From: the human T2T-CHM13v2.0 reference genome, Homo sapiens
Assembly (NCBI RefSeq): GCF_009914755.1
Contig: NC_060942.1
Direction: 5' to 3' (one strand)
DNA length: 64,000 nt
Shown here: piece by piece, positions 13,790-27,930 of the stretch
Layout: the number at the start of each line of letters is the position of its first letter
Position numbering within the stretch: position 1 is the stretch's first letter
Position numbers and translations under genes: made by a program
The notes under the pieces: generated by a model
The model's database searches: none
Told to the model about the DNA's origin: nothing
The model's input: only the letters and a program-made list of their open reading frames with translations

Positions 13790-14100
13790 GATTAGATTCA
13801 GCCTTCTACAAACACTTACTGAGCACCAGGTGCCTGGTATGCCATTAGGAAATGAGTCTATATCTCTCTTGAGAGGAGATGCAGATAAGCAACTAGGGCT
13901 AAACTGGAGCTCACAAATGTTCTAAGAGGGTGAAGTAGGAAGAATTAATTGCAGTGGAAATAATTAGCCCAAAATTCATGAATGACGGGATATTTGACCT
14001 GGATCTTGAAACAAAAGTAGTATTTTGGGAGATAAGATCAGGTACAATGACAACATCAAGTTATGAGAGCCTGGAATCGAAGGCTACAATATAGTCAGGT
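13790..14100 (-). mobile_element. L2 3' fragment
   Basis: caaacacttactgagcaccaggtgcctggtatgc...gatatttgacctggatcttgaa. Confidence 0.55.
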
Positions 14101-15747
14101 GAATGTCTTGGGACTGGATGGATCCACAGTTGTCAACACATGGGCTCCTTGCATCAGAAATAAAAGTTAGATTCCATAATTTTTAATTCTGTAAATGTGG
14201 GATGGGACCAAGTATCTGCTGCACAGTCAGATTTGGGAGGTACCCCACAGGGATAGGAGATATTTACCGAAAGTAACATTAAAAAGGCACTTTGTACTTT
14301 TACAAGCTGAGGGATCTTGGTAGTCCAAGGAGTATGGATTGTATCCTGTAGATAAAACAGAGATTTTTCTTTACTTGATTGCATAGTATTTTTTGGTAAA
14401 GTTGGAATATTTCCACTTAGAAATATTTAAAGTATTCTTTTAAGATCCTCCTCATCAAGAACATTTAAAAATGCCAGTTTGTGAACTTAAGGATGAAAAC
14501 TTCTGACTAAAAGGCAACAAATACAAAGACACACACACATACACACACATGCAATGTGGAAGTTTACTGTTATCCACAATAGTTATAAGACTCTTCCAGT
14601 ACTAATGGATTTCCATCTGACGATGATGTGTTCATGGCAGCGATATGGGATGGGTTATCTACCTTAGGATTGAAGGACCCTAGAGGTCTCTTATCTCTGT
14701 CACTGATATGGAGATCAATTCTTCCTGTGCCTCAGTTTTCTCCTATGTGAGAACATCATAATAATGCCTAGTGAGTATCAAATGACCCAGAAAATAGTCA
14801 TTAAAAAGTATAAAAAGAACTTAAAAATCTAAAAATGGAATATGTAAAACCCAATAGTACATACAGAGGCATATCCAGACAAGTGTTTCAGGGAATGCTT
14901 TCTGACTTTATAGTTTTAGGAAAATAATCACATTTTTAATTCGTTTGCAAATATGTATAGACATAGATATAAGTGCATTGTTAAGTAGAGAAATTGTAAA
15001 TGCCATACTTCTAAACATAAAAGTGAATATGTAATGTAATCATTGATCCAAGAGATTCCATTGTAGAACAGCTGTTTAAGCCTTCTGGAAGACGTTTTTG
15101 GAAATATGATTGAGAATCTATTTTGGATTTAACAGACATCTTCTTATATTTTTCTATATTTTTCTTCATTATCATTAAAGGGTATCATCTGCTCTTGGTT
15201 TTGTGTTTTAATTTGAATTCACACTCTTACAATAAGGTCACCTATCTTACTCAGCTCTGTGAAACTGAATCTAATTTTAGAATAAATGAAGAAATCAAGG
15301 TGTAGGTAACACTCATAAAGTTTAAGAAGGCCTGTGTTGAATTGGGTATCTTCTTGGGCTACTTGGATAAATGATTCCTTTTATTTAATGAAATCTTTTA
15401 AGAAGTAATAAAAAATTCAAAATTAATGGCTAGGATCAGCTGAGAGGTAGGAAGTATTCCTCCACAACATCAAGCCATGGATGACTTTTGAATAATCTGA
15501 AATACTCTCAGTGTTTGAAAAGACCTGCCATTTTTACTTGAACTTCTTGAAAATGTTGAGCTTCTTAGAAATTGTTTGGTATGATTCTCTTTGCTTCTTT
15601 AACTTTGGAAAGAATATTAATTTATTTCTGCCTTGTTGAAGAATGTATCTGCTTCAGAGCTGACCTGATTACCCAGTTGCTTTCAGGGAAGGAGAAGAGA
15701 GGAGATTTCTCTCTCTTCTATTTTCCTTTTCTCATTTATTGAGATGA

Positions 15748-16176
<429 letters not shown>

Positions 16177-17110
16177 AAGATGAGAGTCTTAAAAAGGAAC
16201 CTTTTCATGGCATAGGAAAGGTAGTGGCCTAACTATCTATAGCATGGGACCAAGTCATGTGGTGTTTGTTATATGTGCTTAGATAAGTGAATAAACAAAT
16301 GTGCTTGGGTAAATAAGTGAATAACTGAATGAACATGTGTGCTCTTTCCCAAGGTTTGGCTTTAAAGGGAAAATAAATTCACAGAATTACAACAAGGTAT
16401 GAGCAAAATCTTCCACAAATATATAGGATCAGAAAGTAACAGTTCCAAAGCTTGGAAGGGATGACAGGGTGCAAGATTTACAGGCTAACTTTATGACCGG
16501 GAGCCTCAGAGCTGTTAGAGCACAGGTGGGCTGGGACCATCCCCCTGAGACCCTGCTCCTCAACCAACTTGTGTGGCCCTCTGGCTAGGAGTGGTCTCAT
16601 GCTAGGAGCTCATGTGGGTTTGTCCTGTAATTTTCTCTGAAACAGCAGAGGAATACTATATCTGAATTATCCCCTATCCCCCCCAAGGTTTGACTGTGAT
16701 GGCAGCAATAAAAGTCAGATGGTGTCATCATAATTACATAAATGACATTAGCAGGAAGAATGTTAAAATCATTACTCATCTTCAAGTATTTTTGACCATT
16801 CATGAATATGTTAATCAGAATATGACCAGTTCAAGGGAAATGACAAATCAAAGCCTTCTTGTTGATAAATTCCCCAAACCCTTTGATCAGACCCATTGTC
16901 CATGGCATGGATAATTGCATTTGGTGGTAAGAAAGGTAGGCTTTCTGAGGTTTAAGGCAGCAGAAAAGTTCATACCTTTTTAACTTTTGTTACTTTGTAT
17001 CATAGTTCTATTAAGGCAGTTAGGATATTACTTTTTTTTTCTCTGAATTGGATGTCAGCAGACATGAACTCTAGTCCCATATCCCCAATTCTTTTGTTTT
17101 CCTTGGCAAC

Positions 17111-17207
17111 AATTTTATTAAAATATAATTCACTTACTGTAGAATTCACCCATTTAACATGTACAATGGTCTTTAGTATATTCACAGAGTTGTGTTCATT
17201 CTGACCA
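17111..17207 (-). mobile_element. L1MB-type extreme 3' end
   Basis: aattttattaaaatataattcac...ttcacccatttaac...tttagtatattcacagagttgtg. Confidence 0.75.
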
Positions 17208-17377
17208 TTAAAGTGTAGGTATCGCTGCAGATAAATCTGTGATTGAGTTTCCTCATGTGTAAATTAAGAGTAGAGCAATGTATTCTTCACTCTTCCTTTC
17301 AGTGATCTGTTTATGCAAAAAAAAAAACACTCATTAAATACAGTGAATGTTTATAAGTTACCATTTTGGAAAATCTC

Positions 17378-17672
17378 TGCTCTCTCGTTTGCGCTCTCTC
17401 GCTCTCTTGCCCCACACACACACACATGCACACGCACACACACATGCACACGCACACACACGCACATACACACATGCACACTCACATGCACACTCACACA
17501 CGCACATCCACACACTTGTGCACACATGCACACACACGCACATCCACACACATCCACACATGCACACTCACGGAATGCACACCCATGCACACTCACTCAC
17601 ATGCACACACGCACATGCACACACATGCACACTCATGCACATGCACACACACACGCACATGCACACACACAC
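17378..17672. repeat. Compound microsatellite: (TC)n then degenerate (CA)n/(CACATG)n
   Basis: Directly visible. It explains the His/Thr-rich and Cys/Val-rich ORFs at 17313-17757. Confidence 0.95.
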
Positions 17673-19169
17673 AGAATATTCTTCCCTCCATGATGTCCAA
17701 CTTAATTTTTCCCTGTCATGCTACATCCAGGTAGTCTCACCTTCACTTTCTACCTAAAGTTGCCCCCCACAGGCTCCTTTTCATGAATGCCTGCTATATT
17801 CTTTCTATCATGAACAAAGATTATCTTATGAATATGGGCTAATATAGTTTTATAGACATATTTTGTCCCTGAGCAAGAATATAAGCTTGCTTCTTTCAAT
17901 TGCCACTTGTATTCAATAGGTATTTGTTGAATCTCTTACATGAGATTACTGAGAAATATATTTGCTGTCTTAAAATGAAGACAAGTTCTTACTTTGCCAA
18001 CTGACAGAGTCGGCTTATAAATGATCAATATTTTCACAATGAAAGCACTTTAGGAATCACCAGGACAGAGAGTAATTGTTAAGATAGTAGCTGTGTACCT
18101 TAAAGTAAAGGTATTATTGCCCAGTAGCACGTGATATTGGTTGACTAGCATTGCAAGTACAAAATTTCCTATTGCTCTCCAATGGGAGTTAATAATTAAA
18201 CCTGTACAAAGCTCTTTATAACAAACATATTGTCATGGTAAATTCCATTAGCCATGGTGGATTATATCTGTGATAGCCTCCGATCAGTGACTAACATTGT
18301 TTGGGAAATTTTCTGGTTAAGCAACATATGGTGACTTCTGATAAGGACTTATCTAATATCATAGATGGCAGAAATCCATTTTTCAATACAATCAGGTACA
18401 TGTATATTGTATTAAAAAATCTTTCCAAGTGTTTTTACCTTGACTTTGCTAATATAGTTAGAAATTTCTTTTTTCTTTTTTATTGAACAAGGAATAGTGC
18501 TTCTTATTGATATCCTAGCTACAGTAGCCTAACCTGAACGATAGCAATAACTTCTTGGAACATGTTTGTGTTATCATTAACTGATCTAAAAGGCCATAGC
18601 TTGGGGCTTCTTTTCCTGTAAGCTCAATGGGACAACTATCAGTACACAGAAATACAGACAAGCTGTGGGAGTTTCCTTCCTTCCTACCCATAGACAGTAT
18701 AATAAAAATGTAAATACTGTAGTAAACTATGATAAGACGAAATGCAATAACAAACATATTTTTCCTCTTCACACCAGGTTTCATGTTTTCTCTAAGAAAG
18801 GATGAGATGAGGCTGATCCTCATAAATATTTCTGAGGCTTATGTCTTTTTAGACCTATCGATTTGTATACGTGAAACAGTGCCCATATGAATGGTTGCTG
18901 TTCATGCTTCTATTCCTTATCTACCATGAGGCACAGAATTCTTGTTTAATCTTTATTATGTTGGACCTTTGTCACCTCTTCCTATCCTCTACCTTCTCAG
19001 CCCAATGCATCGTTCTTCTTTGATGTTCTCACTGTGCTATTGTACACCCTCTCCAAGACTAAAGCAATTCCATCTTGAATGTTAATCCACCATGTTGGCT
19101 TCTGATAAACCCCAGTTACAGGAAGGCCTCTAAGATTTCTAGTTATTATTGCTCCTTGTGTAACAGCAC

Positions 19170-19498
19170 ACACTTAGCATAAATCCTGTCCTTAGGTAAA
19201 AAACAACCTTGATGTTACCATACTTTAATTGTCCTATGCATCTCTTGTGAATCACATACACCCATTCTGTATGGTATATAAGCCCTGGGGGGTAATGGCA
19301 CAGGGATCCACCATCTTGTCTTGCTGCCTTTCAAGACACAGACATGGCTTGTTTTCATGATATACAACTATGAAATGTTTCATACAAATATGAAATGTTT
19401 CTTTCTGCGAAACTGGATTCTTCAGCCTCTTTTCTTTGGCCTCCCTGCTTCCTCAGACTTTGAAGGTAGGTTTGCATAAACCTATCCACAGCATAACA
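19170..19498 (+). mobile_element. ERV1 LTR 3' part (MER39/MER34-like)
   Basis: ggtatataagccctggg...gggatccaccatcttgtc...gacacagacatggctt...gtaggtttgcataaacct...aaca. Subfamily from memory. Confidence 0.7.
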
Positions 19499-19499
19499 C

Positions 19500-20720
19500 C
19501 CTCCAACCCTACTTGTTATAGTTGTCCACCAACCTCCTTGTCCCTCTCTCAAATCCACTGAGCATTTATAATACAGCCCATGCTCATCATATCACTTTGC
19601 CTCTTACCTCCTTTGAAAGCCACCCCAAAACTAGATTCATGACCAGGTTCCTTGAAGTTTACAAGTCCAATAACATCTTTAATACACCCCTGAGTATGGT
19701 TCTTATACAACCCAGTTTTCTCTTGGTCAGTCCTATTTATGCCTTTCTCTTGACATGATCAGTAACAGCACGCTTTTTCATTTGCAAATGTGTAATGTTA
19801 TCATATTTCTGCTTGTTGACCTTATCGCTCCAAGAAAGTACTGGACTCCCTTCATTATTTCAAAACTTAAGTATAATTTTCTTTCCATCTAGTACAGAAC
19901 TGTTAGGACCCCCTTAGGTCTCCGTCTTACTCCCATCTTAAAAATTCTAGCTCCCTTGGCCTTGTGGGGAATTCACATTGCAAATTGTCATCCTTCATTC
20001 AAACCAATTACCTACTTTCTAAGGTCTATATCTGGCCTTCCAGAGATATTCAAATGTTTATCTGGATTTTTGCTACTGTAAATTTATCCTCTTCATCTTC
20101 CCTGGGCCTCCATATTAGAATATGCATTTACAAGACCTTGGTCATTTTCGGCTCCTATTTCCCATAACAACTCTTATAAGATTTCATTTCAACTTAACTT
20201 TCTGCCTATTTTGTAGTGAAAATCAAGGTTCTGAGTGTAAATACTTTACCTACCTAACTCCAAACATAGACACTTCTCTACATCATCACCTATCTTTACT
20301 TCCTTTGCTTCAGGATCATAGAGTTTTTCTTTCTCTGATTCAAGGCTAACCACTCTTACTATAATCTTTTCTGAAATGTTCCATCAATTATTCTAATTTT
20401 TAAAATCTTCTGAATTTTGAATATCTCTTTCCTTCCCAGTGGATTTTACATATGACACTCCCACTTAAAAACAAAATGAAAACCTCTCTTGGACCCAACT
20501 TCTATTTTGTCTACTGTATCCTCTTCAATCTTTCTTCTTTCCTTCTTGGACGGAAAAGGCTCCTTCTTCATCCCCTATATTTGGATGCCTTCATTGTCCT
20601 TCTGAGTCTATTCTAGCAAATATCATTAATGACCTTCCAGTTGTCAAATCTGATGTTCTCTTCTCAGACCTCATCTTATGGGCTACCTTTACGACATTTG
20701 ACACCATTGTTTACTAATAT
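19500..20720 (+). mobile_element. Degraded L2 body
   Basis: Pyrimidine-rich L2-like sequence, clearest at aatgaccttccagttgtcaaatctgatg...ctcatctta...catttgacaccattg. Confidence 0.55.
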
Positions 20721-23065
20721 TTATTTCCAGTATAAAAATGGCCCTATTATTTTTTTAGCCTCTTAATTCTTCTTGAGACTCTATACAAATCAAGGCAAGG
20801 CCAGATTTGAACAGCGAGGAAAAGTAAATGATACAGGCTGGAGGGTGGTTGACGGAAATGGGTCTGTAAGCATGGGTTGGATTTCATGGGTTTGAGCACC
20901 TTAATTTCACACTGCTTCCTCTATTATCTTTTTATATTGTCAGGTCAATATGTTACCTTAAAATAATTGCAAAGAATTTTTTTTTTTGAAAATGTGCTCA
21001 GGTAACATGACTGTTGACTTAAAACTAAAGGAAACAAAGTTAAATGGAAAAAAAAAACCTAACAGATAAAAGAATGAGCAGAGATATCACTCACTATTTC
21101 CTATGCTTAGATTGTGGATAGAGATGGAACAACATAGGGTCCAGGGATCTGTGACTGAATCCAGGGGATCTGATTTTGTCTCCATTTCCCACTTCCTAAT
21201 GCAAACTTGAAATTGAGACACTGTATGGGAAATAGATTTATATTCTTATGCTGGGTCTCAGGTTAAGTAGTTGTATATCATTAGCTAACTTTCTTATTAT
21301 TTAAGGGCCCTGTTATGCTAACTTTCTATGATTCTATAAAAGTAGATCTAAAGTAGTTTGTAGGTATGAAAGAGCTTTATAAATGTAATATATTATTAAT
21401 CTCTGTCAACATACACATAAAACTTCCAACCTTTGTATGTGATGAAATTCAAATGTAATAATTATTTGTCATCTAACACTGAAGGAAAATATTTTACTTT
21501 TACACGGAACAGCTTATTATCTGCTCTGTGCCCTTACAACATGGATAGTCCATTTGTTTTTTAAAAAAAGAGAGAGAGATGGTGACAGCTGGTAATTCAT
21601 TTATTTACAAATTGGGGTCCTGACTTAACAAATAAATATTTGAGGCTTTCAAAAGCAATCACTGTAATTTTTGCACACATGGTAATTTTTTAAAGAAAAT
21701 TATATACAGACTGTTTTCAATTATATTCAAAATTTATGAAAGATGTCCTCCTCCTATCCTGAAAGTTTATATTTTATTAAAGATGGTGATTGAAGGCTTC
21801 CACTGAAGAGCATTAGCTTTGTTTGAAGCACTGTATTTCTGAAGCCCAAATTGCAAATGAAATAAATGATGTGCCCTCTTGTTATACAAACAACCACCAG
21901 CTATCAGCCATCAAGTCAGGATTGCAGTTGTGTTAAACAGGCTGGCCTCTGTCTCTCCTTTGTCACGCACTTAAGGTTCCCTCTTATTCTCTGGATTCAG
22001 ATGGCTCCAGTGGGCGTGCCTTCTTGGTTTAACTGATGCCTTTTCAACTTTTGTATCTTTGTATGGGTGGAGGAGACTTTTGAGGATTTGCTTTCAATCC
22101 TTTTCATTTAGCCTCCCTTATGTCATTTCTTTGAGCTGGAGGCTATGTTGCAGCCTGGCCATTTACGTTCTGGCCCTAAGGTATGGCTAATCATGCCTCT
22201 GGTACCCTTCATGCATCTTAATATGAAGCTTTGGGGCACTTGGTTCCCAGTTGGTGAGATCATCCTGGGATTGTGTCTACAGCTGCGTCTCTGGCATTAT
22301 CTCTTAGGATTCCCTTAAGGAAGTATGTTATGCAAAGCATGACTATAAAGTAACAAATTTGGTTTTCATACACCATACATAAATGCTTGTCTCGCTGTTT
22401 TCTAAGCACATTTTATATATGCCTTTCTATTAGGGATAGTGGCGAACAATTGTTGTCGATTGCTCAGATGAAGATGAGTCTCCTAATATGATTCCTAAAA
22501 ATTCCTGGTTTTCAGATGGGTTAATTAAAGGTGGCAGCAACCCCAAAATAGATTTATGGGAAAATGGAGAAAGGAGGCTGGATGGCTACAGGAGTCTTAG
22601 AAATGTGGGCACTTTCAGAATATGGTGTTCGGAAGTCTATGTTTGAAAGGAAGCCAACATGCATAAAAGGAAATGTTGCTGCTTGTGCAAAACCTCTGGC
22701 TATTAGATTTCTCTGTCAGCAGACACAGCGGACCATTTGATACACATGCTGGTAGTCTTCACCCAGAAAGAGTGGGGTTTCTGTCAAATGTTTGCAAGTA
22801 AGTAATTGGTCTGAAAAAGAAAAATGGGGCCTGGAGGAAGCACAGGGGTTCTTTGGACTGTGTCCAGTAGAAAAAACAGTAGACTAGAGATCTAAAAACA
22901 CAGATCTTGATCTAGCTTTTATCATTCTGTGCTGTGTGTTTTTAACCACATCATTGAGCTGAGTGGTCTGCATAAGCCACGGCCTGGCACAAATATAGGT
23001 AAAGCGTCAAAAATAGGTACAGTAGCTCATAGAAGATACTTTAAAAGCGTTTGTTGAATGATAAG

Positions 23066-23106
23066 TGAATTTATAATTCATTCATTGAATTTATAATTCA
23101 TTCATT
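23066..23106. repeat. Perfect 20-bp tandem duplication (tgaatttataattcattcat x2)
   Basis: Directly visible. Confidence 0.95.
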
Positions 23107-23909
23107 ATAGATCTGTCATACGATTTGATGCCTAGATTTTGAAGTTTAATGTTCATCTCCATACCAGACATTTTATGTCTGTATGTTCAAATTCATTATG
23201 TTAACAAAGAATGTAGGTCACCTGGGCAATCTGTGGATAGAGAGGATGCCCCATTAGCTGACTGCTAAATTTTAGGATGCTGACAGCATTGTAGAAACAT
23301 GTTGATTAGGCCACAATGGAAATCACGTCTGATCCCAGCAGCAGATGAGACTCTGTGTTATTCAGAAATGTATAGAGGTCATAAAGTGAGGTTGATTTCT
23401 AAACAATGATAATAAGAATACAAAGTGGATAATTCTATTAAAAAAAAGAACTCATTGAACCTTTGAACTCTAGAAACAAAGATTAGGCTCAAGTAGTTAA
23501 GCACAGCCAGATATTTCTGGGTCAGTCCCTATAGCACTTAGATAACAGCTGTGGGTTGACAATTGTCCTCTAGCTTTTCTCAAAAGAGGAATCTCACAGA
23601 CCAAGGCTTGAAAATGGTATTTATTATGAAAACCTAGGGCATGATGGAAATATTTTGGAATTTTGTACCTATTTTGCAAGTGTAACTAGGTTTCTCTTAT
23701 TGCTTTGTAGCTATTTGTGAACATTGTTTCCTTTGACATTTTAAGTTTCTGGGAGGCTATTTCTGAATCCTGTTCATTTATCTTCTCCCATTTCCAAGTT
23801 CCATTCTAATCTTCACCTCAAAGCAGAGCATTTGTTACCAAGAACAATTCAGGAGGCTACCAGCTCAGTTCAAGCATTGCCCGAAAATGCTTTTTACTTT
23901 TGTACACGG

Positions 23910-24300
23910 ATTCGTTTGTTTACTCATCTATTCTGCACCCACCACGACCAAGCATGGTACCAGGTGCTATGCTATGTACTGGAAAGGGAGAGATGAAACA
24001 TGATAGGCACTGCCTCGAAGGTGCTCACACTCTACTACTTCACCCACTGTAAACAAACTCTAAAACATGGTGAGAGTTGTGCTATGATAAGAGCAAGGTG
24101 TCCTGAGCCCAAGGTGTCTCCTTTCTGAGTATGGGGCAAGGGAGATGATCAGAGAGGGTCCCAGGGAGAGGCAATATCTAAGCTGAAATATAAAAGAGAG
24201 GGAGAGTTAACCAGGAGAGAAATGATGCAGAGGGATGGAGGGAGAAGCTGGGGTTGGAGGGATTAGGGTCCCATGAACCACATGTGCAAAGGCACAAAAA
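23910..24300 (-). mobile_element. L2 3' region
   Basis: gtaccaggtgctatgctatgtactgg...ctgcctcgaaggtgctcacactcta...tatctaagctgaaatataaaag. Confidence 0.65.
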
Positions 24301-24659
24301 AGAGAAAGTAATACCCTTCAGTAAACTGGATATGGGAGAAGTGGGCATTTATTTTACTGTGATTCAGGAAAGGAATGACAAAAATAAGGTGAGAAATACA
24401 GTAATTACTAACTTCACCCATTTCTACTCCTTTGAATGTTAAACTTGTATGATTTATTATTATTATTGCTTATTTGCTTGACTAGGGAGACAAGAGCCCT
24501 GTATTTTGGTGCTAGATTTGACCATTTCAAGGTGAGTTATACTAAATAAATTTGTAATATCTGGGCTTCTTTTTCATTATACCTTTCTAAGTTATTTTAG
24601 AATTGGCAAAACATATGTCATTTTGTGTGGAAAGTTTTTGTAGCTTCAGGATATTTGGA

Positions 24660-25390
24660 AAACTATATACAGCCATTATAGAAAACATAGGGAGATTCCC
24701 CCAGAATTAAAAACAGAACTATCATATGATCCAACAATCTCACTACTGTGTATGTATCTTATATATCTAAAAGAAATGAAGTCAATATGTTGAAGAGGTA
24801 TCTGCAGTTCCATGTTCATTCAAGGGCTATTCACAATAGTCAAGATATGGCATCAACCTAAGTGTCCATCAAAGGATGAATGTGATAAAAAATGTATCTA
24901 TACACAATGGAAAATGATTCAACCTTTAAAAATAAAAAGAAATCTTGAAATTCGTGACATGGATGAACCTGAAGGACATTATACTAAGGGAGATAAGCCA
25001 GGGACAACAAGACAAGTACTACATGATCTATCTTTTATGTGGAATCAAAAAAGACAAACTCATAGAACCAGAGAATAAAATAGTGGCTACCAGACCCTGG
25101 GATAGGTGGGTGGATTTGGGAGACATTGGTTAAAGTATACAAAATTTCAGTTAGATAGGAGAAGTAAGTTCAAGACATTTATTGTACATATGGTGTCTAT
25201 AGTTAAAGTGTATTATATAGTTGAAAATAGCTAAGAGGGTAGATTTTAAGTGTTTTCACCACAAAAAATCAGTATGTGAAGTAGTGCATATATTAGTTTG
25301 ATGTAGCCATTCCATTATGTATACATATGTCCAAAACATCATGTTGTATGCCATAAACATATACAACTTTTATTTGTCAATTTAAAAAGT
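24660..25390 (+). mobile_element. L1MA-type 3' end (L1MA7-9-like; ORF2 C-terminus plus 3' UTR)
   Basis: aacagaactatcatatgatccaacaatctcactactg...catcaacctaagtgtccatc...acatggatgaacctgaaggacattatac...atacaactttttatttgtcaatt-like end. ORFs at 24812 and 24945 are ORF2 remnants. Confidence 0.92.
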
Positions 25391-25405
25391 AGGAAAAAAA
25401 ATTTT

Positions 25406-25744
<339 letters not shown>

Positions 25745-26329
25745 CTAGTAGATAGGACCACATCCAATAACAGAGGCCAAAGGCAAAAGATGGTGAAGTT
25801 CATTTGCAGTGAAGTCCTGCAGGGCAACTGGGGAATCTATCAACAAAGAGATGCTGTAGCAGTGGTGCACCTGTCCCTGCGAAAGGCTCTGAGTCTCAGC
25901 CATGAATAGTCTCTCACCACAAGGCCATGCTCACCAAATCTGAGGCTTTGTGTAGCTCAGTCCTTAGATGAGCTACCTAAAAACTAACAGGAAAGAAAAA
26001 TACAAGAGAAAAAACAAATTTGGTAAAATGCTATGTTGCAACAAAATTATACCAAACCTACAACATAGTTAAGTTCTTGTTTAAGCTAAAGAAAAAGGAT
26101 CCTGGGTTAAGTAGGCCAAGAACCCTGGCCTGGGAGCTCTTTCTGGTAGAATAAAAATCTGCATAGCTTAGTACCAAAGATGATCCCCTTGTCCACTGGT
26201 ATTTATACTGTTAGGAAGTCAAGTACAGAACAATAATTAATATGCATTTAGGGTTCAGTTTATTTCTGGCAATCTTTTCTCTTCTTTTTCGCTACCTCCA
26301 TCCCTATCTTTCACAACAACCCCTGCAAG

Positions 26330-26540
26330 GTACTTTGCTGTTGTGAAACACGGAGGGGCACCTGGATTGCAAGATACCTGTAATTATCTCCATTTTATTG
26401 GAGAGAAAACTCATCCTCAGAGAGTATAAATAATGAGTTCAAGGTGATATATGCTGGGACTATTAAAATGTAGGTAGATTGTATAATCCGTATTTGATAT
26501 CTGTTCAATTCCAAGCTCATGTTCTAACACATCATGCTAC
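26330..26540 (-). mobile_element. MIR fragment
   Basis: tcacaacaacccctgcaaggta...ttatctccattttattggagagaaaactca. Confidence 0.6.
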
Positions 26541-27009
26541 TTATAGTCTAGAAAGACTGACTGTCTAATTCCAAAATAACCATTTGGCTTTAAACATTTT
26601 GAAAACGTTATATTAAAAATTAGAACACATTAGGATAATAGAGTAGTATCAAGAAGAGGTCAATGGTAGAAAACAAGGGCCTATCACAGGGGCATGGCTC
26701 TAAATCTATAGGGTACAGAAGGGCCAAGAGGCTCATGTCAGTCAGCAGTGACATCTCCCAGTGACCGCTGGAAGGAACTTGACCTGTGTGTGCTGGCCTG
26801 TGTGCTCTTCTTCGATTTAATTCCAGTGGTGGGGATCTTTCAATCTCCCAACACCAGATGCTTTCACAGAATGTATGCTATTTTATTTTGAAATCTCCTA
26901 TCAGTTCTAGTCAAATATATGTTAAAGATTAATACAACTACTAAGTTACTGGAGGAATCATTATGCAGCAAAATTACTATAAAATGAATTTAAAAATGGA
27001 CTTCGAAAC

Positions 27010-27930
27010 CATTAGAAAAATGGGGAAATTATATGAATTTGACTATTCACAGGAAAGAAACTGTATAAATGGATAATGTATAGTAAGAAATATTTTCAAT
27101 GCAGTGAATAAGCAAATTAATAAGATTTTTAATAGCAGTGAGATAGATTTTTTTAAACTGTTGGGATTACAGAATTAAAAAGAAACAATGCATTTGTTGT
27201 CCTGAGAATGTGGAGGAATAGGCATTCTCAGACCCTGGTGGTGGGATTGCCCACCAGCCAGATTTTTGGAAATCAATTTGGCAATTTTTTAAAGGTCTTA
27301 AAAGTGTTTGCTATCCTCCACCTTGATCCAGTGTTTCTCTAAGGACATCATTAGAGATATGTGTAAGGATATATTTACAAAGATGCTTATTGCAGCTGCA
27401 TTTTTAACTGAAAAAATGGGAAATATCCTATATTGCCATCCATATGGAAATGGCTGATTAAAGTGCAGTATAATCGTAAGACAGAATATCATGCAGCTAT
27501 TAAATTATCACCAAATAATTTTATTGTACATGAAAATATACTCATGATGAGCTGCAGTGAGCTATGCTCATGTCACTGCTCTCCAGCTTGGGTGACAGAG
27601 TGAGATCTTGTCTCTAAAAACAAATTAAAATAAGATAAAAATATATGAATGATGTAATGTGATAGAAAATTTAGGATAAAAAAACAGAATGTGCAGTGTG
27701 AACTTGTATGTGTGCTTGCAAGCGTGTGCACACTTGCATGTGCCTGTTGATGTGTGTGTGTATATATGTGCACATGTGCATGTGACATCCACCAAAACAT
27801 GAGGGGAAGACACCAAAATGTTCATTATAGTCCTTCTGGTTGATGGGATTGTGATTTTAATTTTTAAACATTTCTTCATATTTTACTGTATTTTTCAAAC
27901 TTTCTGTAATAAGCAAGTATTTATCTCAGC
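27010..27930 (+). mobile_element. L1ME-type 3' region (L1ME4-like)
   Basis: gaatgtggaggaataggcattctca...ttttggaaatcaatttggcaat...atatttacaaagatgcttattgcagc...gaatatcatgcagctattaaa. Confidence 0.75.
27550..27635 (+). mobile_element. Alu 3' fragment (AluJ/FLAM-like) nested in the L1ME
   Basis: gctgcagtgagctatg...ctccagcttgggtgacagagtgagatcttgtctctaaaaa. Confidence 0.9.

Noticed and set aside
17313-17757. His/Thr-rich and Cys/Val-rich ORFs resembling metal-binding proteins
   Set aside because: Artefact of a (CA)n-type repeat that lacks stop codons in most frames.
24232-24268. G-quadruplex pattern (five G3+ runs)
   Set aside because: Long loops, inside a decayed L2, and a very common pattern; no sign of function.
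24812-25133. ORFs with L1 ORF2 C-terminal similarity (W.QPKCPS, TWMNL..I.L.EISQ)
   Set aside because: Frameshifted remnants of an old L1MA copy, not a gene.
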